Below, one piece after another: positions 37,001-48,900 of a DNA stretch of 64,000 nt (positions within the stretch are counted from its first letter, which is position 1; every line of letters begins with the position of its first letter). Under the pieces are notes generated by a model, which saw only the letters and a list, made by a program, of their open reading frames with translations, made no database searches and was not told where the DNA came from. The stretch comes from Antedon mediterranea (Eukaryota; Animalia; Echinodermata). A program made the translations under genes and the position numbers. The stretch lies in the NCBI RefSeq assembly GCF_964355755.1, contig NC_092680.1, forward strand, positions 1,984,001 to 2,048,000. The letters run 5' to 3'.

Positions 37001-40000
37001 TATGGCTACGTATAATTAAGGTTCCACTCACTCGTTTGAATTGTTTATTTCGTTATTAGTACAATACTGTAAATTTGAGTTGGTCTTCTGAAATTTTTAG
37101 ATTGAGAAAGTTTATATTGAGGCTCCTAATGGTGTGCGTCTAGCCCAGTGGATCAATGTTACGACCAAGGATGGACTAACTGAACTTGAATTTGAAACCA
37201 CATCAGAACCAATTCTAGGAACATGGAAAATCTACAGCGTTATTAACAACATTAAGACTATGCAGGAGTTTGATATTGATGAGTATGGTATGAAATAGTC
37301 TTGTTTGTTCTTATAATGATTCTAAAGCTCTGTCTACACTATCAAATTTTATGTGACAAAAATATGTGATGTGCCCATATATGGAAATGATGTCATATTA
37401 CTACCATATATAGGTAGGCCTAAGTAAAAGTCATCCATTAGTTCATCCATAGCAGTTATATTGCTATTAGACTTTCTCCTTTCACTTCCATTGTATTTCT
37501 ATTTGGCAATTATTAGGCTTTATTTGTTCTTTATTGCAGTTCTTCCAAAGTTTGAAGTTAAGATAACGTCACCGTCTTTTATACTAGTAAACGAGACCAA
37601 CTTTAATGTCAAAGTTTGTGGAAGGTATGTATGTGTCTATGTCATGCCTAGCTTACCCGGATAAACAGACAATACTGTTTTGTTATCTTACTAAAAACAA
37701 TACCTGTCCCATAGCAAGTACCTCGAGTACACTGGCCCGACCAGTACAATCCCGGTATTTTTATACTCCATTACCCCTGCCCCAATCAAACAAATTCTGC
37801 TACAGCTAGTAGTGTAGGTTGTATTGTGAAGTGGCTTTCATCTATCTTTATAGTTGTCTTAATAAAGTTTTTAAAACTTTCTTAGATATGTCTAAAATGT
37901 ATACAGTATACCACCTTGGTAAATTAAATCATAAATTTGTATTGGGTATAAATAAAGATACAGCACAGTATGTACATTTTTACCACAAAATCATGCACTT
38001 ATCACTGATAGGTATTTACTATTATTTAACTAAATTACAGAGTGCTGATAAGATAGATAGATACTATATAGTATATTGTCAAGTATTACAAGATAATCTA
38101 CTTGACTTTGTTAGAAAGTAGGGCAATATAAGTAGGTACAGATTATATAGCTAATCTGAAATTAGAGCTAAGCTTAAGACTATTGTGATAAAGTTCTGAA
38201 GTATTGTAGTTACCCGACTGTAAGAAGATTAGTATTAATATATACTATTATAGAACCATACTTGAACTCCTATTTTTATCCCATTCACTACATATTTAGA
38301 TACAATTTCACATACAGGACTATGTTTTATATGGGATTGCCCCATATTTATTTATTTGATAAGGTGGCTAGATTATACTTTAGTGTATATTTAAAAGCTT
38401 TGATGTAGTCTAAAAAGTTTTTTTTTTAAATTTCATTGGTGTTTTAAGAAAATCACATTTTTTTACCAGTTCAACCATAAGCTGTAGGAAGTATGTCATA
38501 TATCTTTACAGGAAGGATGTTGGTGTGCCGTAAATGTTATTCTATGAACTACTGAATTGTATAACCGCGCATTTACAATAACAAAACTGTTAATCGCTAA
38601 CCAAAATTGCGTTATCATAGCAGCATTTATTTTTTCTGTCTCATCCCAAGGTTATCAACAGTTTGAACAAGACAATTACTGTTGTAGATTTACTTATGGT
38701 TAAACCAGGGTTTCAATAAACAACAGCAATGTACCCATAGCCCTTGTTAGCAGTACAGGTTACTATAACCATGGAGAAAATATTCCTCCATGGTATAACC
38801 ATGGGGTATATACCCCTTTCCGACACACCTATTCAGAGGACATTTTCCTTTGAAAAGGGCCCAGTATGTATGTATGAGGATACATTGTTAAGATGTTCAG
38901 TAAATGAGCTACATTTTTATACAATAGTCAGAACCCAAACAAATTTGGTATAGAAAGCACAGTGTATGAGTGATAGGTAAGGATCTAGTGAAGATCCCAT
39001 TTCTATCAATTGTTGTTGTTGTTGTACATTAACAGAGTTGTTCTCTATATTTATACAGATATACTTATGGACAACCTGTTTTTGGGAATATTCGAGCAGA
39101 TGTTACTGTGAAAGATGAAAACAGTCGTTACTATGCAAAACGTAGACAGTTTAAAACATTAAGTGAGGTAAGGTTTTCACTGTCTCGCTTGACTTACTAT
39201 GGCATTTTCTGCCAAAAATACAAACAAAGTGTAGGCCAAGAAAGTTTGACATGAATTTCCATATGGAATAAGGCTCTGTCTACAGAATGAAACTAGTTTG
39301 ACCAAAAATGTATGATGTGCCCAAATATGGTAGTGATATGCCCAAATATGGTAGTGATATGACATCATCATGTTCATATATGGACACATCACATTTTGTT
39401 GGCACATAAAGTTTAATAGTGTAGACAGAGCTTAATAACATCTCAATCCGGTTACCTTTATTGAAGTCGTTAATCAGTAATATCAGTTTTTTTTTTTAGG
39501 AATCTGATTCAAATGGCTGTGCAGTATTTCTGATCAATGCTGAACTATTTAATCTACCATCAAAGGATCATAGTTTTTACGATGCAAAAATTCATGTTGT
39601 TGGATACGTTATGGAACAAGGAACAGGTAATAATAAAGGCCATGAAACGAATTAGTATTTTTAAAATGTTTATACAACTTTATATCATGATTTTCTTTAT
39701 AATATTTTTTTTCAAAGTGTCTTACGACAACAGAAAATTATTTGTTCTCTATAAGATCCCTGCAATATTGTATTATAACAATGTAAATATATATTGTTGA
39801 ATACATTTTTAATAATTAAATGAATGAATAGACTTCTAAATGTATGAATGGATTAAATCCGCTAATGCAATTCTTTTAATATCTAAATATTTTTTTTTTT
39901 AGGTATTGAATTAAGCGCCACAGATTTTACTGGGATTGTAACAATGACTCCATTTCAATTAAAAATTAATGCTCTGGACTCTTTCAAGCCAGGGTTGCCA

Positions 40001-43000
40001 TTTTTTGGAAAAGTAAGCAAACCTTTAGTTCCTTGCACATTTACATGGTCATGTCACAAGGTCGTAGTCGATTTTTACTTGTCGACAGATATGTGAACAT
40101 TTAGATTAAGTCGACATGGTTGCCGTGAAAATCTAAAAGTCCCTACTGATTCTCTAAAGACCGAAAGATGACAGGAACGATTTCATTTCAATCACATGCT
40201 TCATTGCTTAGCGGTTTGAGATTGACTGCAAAATTAGACCTGTATTTACTGTTTTGTTAAATATTTTGTTAGAGCAAGAAATGCTGTTTTATCAACAGAT
40301 CATTGTGTTAACATTTGGTCTTGGTAAGAATGTTGTAATTGTACTCAATTTACCATTTCTTCTATAGATTTTTGTGACAAGGCCTGATGGTGAAATTTCT
40401 CCAAACACTGAGGTTTTGGTGACTGCTCGTGCCGACTCTCAGAACATCTTTAATGAAAATATGACATCGGACAGCAATGGATTAATTGAATTCAGTCTGT
40501 CAGACATCTCCATTAGAACTTCAACTATAAACATTTATGTAAGCCTAATTTATTATTTTGAATTACTAGCCAAACTTGATCAAATGACAAACTTACTAAA
40601 ACTCTGTCTACACTATCAAATTGTATGCGACAAATAAATTTGATGTGCCCATATATGGACACGATGATGTCATATAACTGCCATATTTATAGCACTACCT
40701 TTTTTGGTCAAACTAGTTTGATAGTGTAGACATGGCTTAAGAAACACCAATGTTCTTTTGAACATTATAAAATGCCTAATAAATGCAATTGTAAATGTGT
40801 TGTTTTCAGGCACAAATTCTTGGCTACAGCCCAGAAGAAGCCTGCTATGGTTGGTCTAATTGTGACTATACTGTTACGGATCCAAAGACAAGTCTCTATG
40901 CTATAGCTTCATTTTCTCCAAGTGGTAGTTTTGTGCAGTTACAGCCAATACTGAAATCCATAAATGCAGGAGATAGCCAAGAACTAACAATTAGGTATAC
41001 CTGGGACGAGGCAAAGGACGGCAATCCAGAGGATGTTCATTTTCGATTCTTAGTAAGTTTTAGTTGTCTGTATTATAATTAGCCAAATCCGTTGTACTCC
41101 ATCTCCTAACCACCATTCATGCTAAGATACTAAACTATCCACTATGTTGATATCCTTCTTCCAAAGAGTAGCATTAAAATTGATAAATCCAAAGGCAAAT
41201 TACTGAAAAACTAACAGTGCTGTGGGTATCAGTGGCTAGATAGCAATAGAGATACAACATAAAATAAGCACAAATACATACTGTATGTATCTTGTATGGC
41301 AGCTTAAATGCACACTTATCAAACTTAGCAGAGAACCATAATTTGGTCAATTTGACATTACTTAAGACAAATAATTGGCGATGGTTTTATTATATAAATC
41401 ATGGATCGAAAAATGCCTTTTTAATACTTCACAGTTTATGTCCCGAGGAAACATTCTTGGAACGGAACTCACTGAGGTTTTGGAAAGTGCTTCCCTTCCG
41501 ACAGTTGATAGCCAACCAGCTCCACCAGATGAGACACAAGAGGCGGTTGAAGAAATTGAAGCTGAACTTCAGGATGAAGATTTCGAAGTAGTCTTAGAGG
41601 TTGAGGAAATTGATGAGCCTTTTGGTAATTTAATTTTTTTTTATCATTATTTTTAAATTCTCTAAACAAAACCATGTTTAATTCTGAATTTCTCATTTAT
41701 TATCAGTCCATATAGTAATTCTCTCAATTTTTGCAAACAGCTTTATTATATTTATTCTGAAGAAAGCCATTTTGTAATTCATTATTTTATCTTTTGATTA
41801 ATAGAAATATCGTAAACCAGACCTTTTGTTTAATTCAGGACAAAAATATCAGTTGATTCGTAAACTTTCAGTAATTTTTTTTTCTCGTCAGATTCCAACT
41901 ATTCTTCAAGCTATCCATTTTACCCTGCAATCCCAACTATCCCGATTGCTGAACCAGGCAAGATGTTTGTAGTTCGCAAACAATTTGAAGTGACACAGGA
42001 GATGGCGCCAATCACACGTATTCTGATCTACTACATCCGATTGGACGGCGAGGTCGTAGCAGACAGTATTGAGGTCAATGTGGATAATCAATTTGAGAAT
42101 AAGGTACTTTTTTCAATCTTTTCAATTATTTAAAATATAATATTAAGTTAAGCAGTGGTTTTGTAATCAATGGTTGTGGGTTATGCATGTCACTTTGGTG
42201 ACTGGTTCACTGGCATGACAAAAAAAGTGGGATGTGACCAAATATGGTAGTGATATGCTTAAATATGGTAGTGGTATGCTTAAATATGGTAGTGATGTGA
42301 CATCATCATGTCCATATGGGCACATCACATTTTTTGTCACAAAGTTGGATAGTGTAGACAAGGCTTCAGATGATAAAGACATCAGGAAAGTCACTAAAGC
42401 ATGCAGAATATGCAGTTGGCTTTTTTTTTTTTATTGGATATGAGATTATTATTATATTATATAATAACATTTATTTTGTTTACATTTACTTATCTAATTC
42501 ATGTAGATATTTATATCAAATGTAAGCATTTAATATATAGAATTTATATATTTTGTAAAATAATACATTTTTAAATTTCGATTCAGGTTGATATCAGTTT
42601 TACTGAAGGCCAGAAGAAACCGGGAGAAGCAACAAAGTTAAAGATTGTATCAGCGGCTGACTCGCTGTGCGCTATCGGAGTTGTTGATAAAAGTGTCCAT
42701 TTATTGCGTTCAAATAACCAATTGACTCCACAGAAGGTAAATATTTTTAATTAATAAAGTTTTAATTTGAATTAGGAGTTTACTACAAAAGTAATTTTTT
42801 GGATCAAACACACTCCCATAATAAGGCAGCTAGTAATCAGCACAAAGTTGTGTCTTGATCTAACTGGTACCCATTTTATACACCTGGGTGGAAACAGGCA
42901 AATGTAAGTAAAGTGTCTTGCCTAAGGATACAAGCAATGCGGCGACAGTTGGATTCGAAACCACGATCTCACGAACAGTAATCCAACGTCCAACACACTG

Positions 43001-45917
43001 CATCACATGCAAAACAGGATCACCGTTAACATTTTTGTTTTGTATTCATAACAGGTATTTTCTACATTGGATGACTACCAGTTGTCATCTGATGGTGGCT
43101 ACATCGAGCGAAGCAAACACTGTCCTGAGCGTCCTTTCTGGTACAGAAAGAAGCGTTCTATAGTTCAGTATCCATCGTATCAAACGTTTGAAGATTCATC
43201 TACGGCCTTTGAGGTGCGTTACAAATAGCAAGAGGTTAAAAACAGACGAGGCAAAGATGCTTCAAATATCATTATTAATATAAAATATGACGATCTGTGC
43301 TGAGGAATTAGGTTGGGTTGTGAAAATTGATAATATCGTCTGCCTCATGCTGGCTACAGCCCTGAATAGTGTATTTACAAAATTCATAACATACAAATAT
43401 ACTTAAGGAATATTAAAAGGTTACAGAGTTAAATGTTGATAATAACGTCTATTTGATGACTGAGGAAAATTAAGCTCTGTCTACACTATCAAACTAGTTT
43501 GACAAAAAAAGTGTGATGTGTCCAAATATGGTATTGATATGCTTAAATATGGTAGTGATATGACATCATTGTGTCCATATATGGGCACAACATTGATAGT
43601 GTAGACAGCTTTTTACATAGAAGTTGATAGAGATTATGACTACTGTTTACCACTATCTGTTATTCCATAAAAGTTACACACATTTTTTATTTAAATACTA
43701 GAACATGGGTTTGGTTTTCATGACAAACATTGATGTGGAAACACGACCATGCCCAAGACATTATCCCGTTCCTATTGGTAAGTTATGTTTTGTTATGTCA
43801 ATTATGGCAATTTTGAGTTGAAGCGGTGCGCTTATGTCAAAATCTAACCAAGTACAACTGGACACACCAGATAGCAACGTGATTCAAAGTTTTCAGTTGT
43901 GTTTTAAATTTCTTTCAGTTACGGAAAAAAACTCTTTAAAAAAAAGCTAAATTTGATTCGTACTGATATATAAGATTTGTTTTTTTAGCCTACTCAATAG
44001 CTAATGTAGAACCTGATATAAGAGTGGATACAATTCCTGGTGCTGCTTCTGTGAGAACGTACTTCCCTGAAACGTGGCTTTGGAATTTACAAAGAGTAAG
44101 GTAAGTACAGGCACATTCATCCACTCATGATGTTTGTGTACGTCGTGAGGTAGTTTCCCGATTAATCGTACGATCAAAACGGTACTGGGTATGATCAACT
44201 AGCGTTCATGTTCCCACTTAATCATTCATTCATAGAAGTACTGATGAAGATATCAAACTGTGGTGACAATCAAATGGACCCGAGACCTGGCTGTCTTCAA
44301 CTTTTAGATAATTGAAAGTTTTGAAAAATTGTGTTAGGGTAGAAATGTATGTAGACAGCCTTCATACATGCTCAGCCGGCCATGACTGCTCTCTAAGTTC
44401 AATACCTTGATTTATCAGGACATCTAAAGGCCAACTCAGACAGTGTCGTACGACAAGGCCCGACGAAAAAAATTAAACCTGCTTAAAGTTCTCCCGACGA
44501 CCTAAAAACGGCCAACCCTATTTCAAGATTCGTCTTGTCAGGATTCAATTCAAAGAGCACAGACGAGCCTCATCGTACGACGCTGTCTGAGTTGGTCTTA
44601 AGCAAACCCAGTCCTATTTTTTGTCATCAATTTTAATGGGGCAAACTTGAGTGGGTTATGATTCTTAAGCTAATTGTTTTATATATTTTGCAAAATAATG
44701 TTTTGGTCTCATTTAAAAGTGGAAGTGGAGAATTAGAGATGAACGTTACAGTGCCGGATACAATCACAGAATGGGTAGGGAGTGGATTCTGTACATCGGT
44801 TACTAAAGGCGTTGGAGTTTCGACCACAACAAAACTGACAGCATTCCAACCATTTTTCGTGTCGTACACATTGCCTTACTCGGTGGTTCGTGGAGAGAAA
44901 GTAGCTGTCAAGACGACCATCTTTAATTACCTTGATTCCTGTTTAGCGGTAATTGTCAATTTATAATCATTAAATTTATGTTTACTTTTTTAAAGCCCTG
45001 TCTAAACAATCAAACTAGTTTGACAGAAAAAGTGTGATGGACCCAAATATGGTAGTGATATGCCCAAATATGGTAGTGATACGACATCATGTCCCTATAT
45101 GATCATATCACATTTTTTTTTCACATAAAATTTAATAGTGTAGACAGAGCTTAATGTATGGGTATTATATATACCCAAACTTAATATAAGCTCTTTAGAA
45201 GTCAAATATATAAAATCAATCAGTTTCCATTGTTAGCCCAACACTATATGCTTTAAAAAACTTCATTTCTAACATGTATATTTCCATTCATCAGATTAAA
45301 TTGAAATTTAAAAAGACTGAAGATTTTGAGCTGTTATCAAAATCAACCGAGTTTGTTTGCGTATGTGGAGGTCAGTCAACTACCATCGAGTTCAGCATCG
45401 TGCCTAGGACTCTAGGAAAAATTCCTCTCACAAGTAAGTTTATCCATTTTTAAAAGTAAAGTACTAAAGTGGTATGAATCTCTGTCTACACTATCAAACT
45501 AGTTTGACAAAAAGTGTGATGTGCCGAAATATGGTAGTTATATGCCCACATATGGTAGTGATATGACATCATCATGTCCATATTTGGGCACATCACATTT
45601 TTTTGTCCCAGTATGTTTGATAGTGTAGACAGAGCTTAAAAATAACCGGGAGCTTCAATTTGCGACAAGTTTAGTAGACCTAGGAACTGAGTGATAAAAG
45701 ACACCTCAATGTCCTCATATGAGCACAACATGACATACTGTAACTATCAAGGTTGTTACAAATCAAAACCTCTCTAATAGTTAAATAATGTCTATTCAAT
45801 TGTAAAATTGTGTTAAATATATATTATTTCTGAATACATTGTTGCAGAGAAAAATAAATGATTAATGAAATAACAAAAAATAGGATGAGAAATTTTGAAA
45901 ACGATAAGAATTGGAAA

Positions 45918-45949
<32 letters not shown>

Positions 45950-48900
45950 TCAATAGTGTATGCTGACACGGTTAGTAGTAACTCTGGAAATACCATTTGT
46001 CCGTCTGACAAAGTCATGAGTGATCTCCTTTCTGTAGGTGATGCCATAAGAAAGGAACTTTTAGTAGAGGTAACTATAATATATTTTTACATTTTAGAAA
46101 CACGTTTTGCAATTATCAAACTCAAGTTTGTTTTAATTTTATTATGCTGTCGAAAGTTCGGCAACATTATTCATGACATCACCTTTAACACTTCTGTGTC
46201 AATCAAGGACTTATGAAAGTTGGAAAGCTCTCAAAAAAATCGGTAAACTACTTAAATATATATTTTTGGATTTAAAATTTGTATTAATTTTTTTTCATTT
46301 TCATTTTGTTATCAATGTGGTATGAACTAGCCATTAATAGCTAATTTAATTAAGTTAATTAAGTTTATATGAGCGGAACTTGTAGTGTCAATTATTTTGT
46401 TCTTTTCAAAGGCTGAGGGTATCAAGAAGGAGATTGCATTCACCCAACTACTAAATGTTGATGGTAAGTAAATAGTTTCTATAATTAAAGTATTGTTCCC
46501 CAAAAACATGAAAAATGAAGATTAATAAAATAAGACTTTAAATAGGTCATTTTGCAGTTTTAATAAACTTATTCACATCTCTAGATAAAAAAATCAAAAT
46601 TAAATATAACCAAAAAACATTGTCTGACAATTGTCTGACAATTTAGGTATATTTTGCTTTAAATTACATTTTTTTCAGTTTCGGTCAAAGTGAATAACTA
46701 TTATGTGACATTAAAATGGCATATTCAACAAAAAAATTGTAAATTGAAGATTTTTTATGGGTACAATATATCTTTTAAATCTGTATTTTAGTTAATTTCA
46801 AATCTAAATTTGTTTCTACAGAAACAATGGGAGATTCTTTCAGTACAACGCTACAAGCAAGTCTACCTGAGAATTTCATTGAGGGATCAGAATCAGGCTA
46901 CATAACATTGATTGGTACGTACCCATTGTGTATCTTCTGAAAAATATAATTAAACGTTTTAAAGTGTTTCACAAAAGTGGAAAACCATTTATAAAATTAT
47001 TTTAAAGAGCAACTTGAATTGATACCGATATTTAAATCTGTGTAGTGTTTTTTTTTCTTGAACCTTTTCTACACTATCAAACTTTATGTAACAAAAAAAA
47101 ATGTAATGTGCCCATTTATGGACATGATGATGTCATATTGCTACCATATTTGGCCACATCAAACTAGTTTTATAGTGTAAATAGAGCTTTAGGATAGGAT
47201 TGAATGACCAATGTCTTTGTTTATACACATTGCAGGTGATATGATGGGAAAGACTCTCAACAACCTAGACAACCTTCTTCAAATGCCAACTGGTTGTGGT
47301 GAACAAAATATGCTTGGCTTTGTCCCTAACATCTACGTGCTGCAGTACCTCACCAAGACCGATCAAGTTGATCCAAACGTTGAGCAAAAAGCTTTAGCCT
47401 ACATGAAAATCGGCTATCAACGCGAGCTGAATTACAGACGAAATGACAACTCCTACAGCGCATTTGGTAATAGCGATGCTCAAGGAAGCACTTGGCTGAC
47501 TGCGTTTGTTGTGAAGTCGTTTGCGCAGGCCAGCAAATATATCTTTATCGATGAGAATGATTTGCACGTCAGTATTGACTGGTTAAAAAGTATGCAGATG
47601 GAATCTGGCTGTTTTAGATCTGTTGGTAAAGTTTTACATTCCAGCATGCAGGTTGGTATTTGTTTTCTTTTAAAGCTCTGTCTCCACTATCAAACTTTAT
47701 GTGACAAAAACATGTGATATGCCCATATATGGACATTATGATGGCATATCACTATCATATGTGGGCATATCAATACCATATTTGGGATTTGAGATTTAAT
47801 AAAATTCATCTTAACTAATGACAATATTGATGATGACACATTTTTAGTATTCAGATTTCTATCAGTGTTCTTTATCAGTACATAGTTATTTTCCAAAATA
47901 GATTTTTTAATAATTTGAGTTAAATAATTGTCTTTTATATTTTGCATAGGGTGGTGTTGATAATGCTCAGACATTGACTGCATACATAATGATTGCAATG
48001 ATGGAATCAGGAATTCCTAAAGAGGTATGTATTAACATTTTATCAATATTCATTTGTTTTCATTTTTATTGCTTAAAGATAAATTTCATTTTTTTTTCAT
48101 AAATGTTTCTTATTTTCAACCACCAAAAAAATTGGCCGTGCAATTTAAATAGGTAAATATGTCTACCAATCCGTAGATAAATTGAACCTTTAATATTTGC
48201 CATGTTGGACACTGTTATCCCCAGTTTTCAATAAAGAATAATAAATAAAAATAATAATCTCTTCCACTAAACAAAAATCATGCGGCTGATTTCGTTGCAT
48301 ATATTGCTGACTGAACCCAGTTTAATTATCTTCCATATTGCCTTACAGGACACTATCATACAGAATGCTATTGGATGTGTAAGTTCTGATATTGAAAGTC
48401 TACAAGATCCGTACAACGTGGCATTGATGGCGTACGCCCTCACACTAGCGGACGCACCCAAGAAAGACACTATCATTCAACTACTCAATTCATTGGCTAT
48501 TGATGAAGGTATTGTAGGTTTGCTCTTAAGCTCTGTCCACACTATCAAACTATCAAAAAAAGTGTGATGTGCCCAAATATGGTAGTGATATGCTTAAATA
48601 TGGTAATGATATGACATCATTATGTCCATATATGGTCACATCACATTTTTTGTCACATAAAGTTGGATAGTGTAAATAGAGATTATAATCAGCATTTGAT
48701 TGTAAACCGTACTTGGAGTTGGAGCTAAATAACAAAGCAAAGTGTATTCAGTGTTAAATAATCCACAATTCCAAATATCTTTTACCCATATTTAGGTGGT
48801 GTGAAGCACTGGGAAGCTATTGCTGAGGAGGATACATCACACTACTACTACATTTCAGGAGATCAGGTAGCCAAGTCACGTGACGTAGAAGCAACAGCAT

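Noticed and set aside
44240-44320. Additional hammerhead candidate starting CTGATGAAG
   Set aside because: No stem II closed by GAAA at a suitable spacing.
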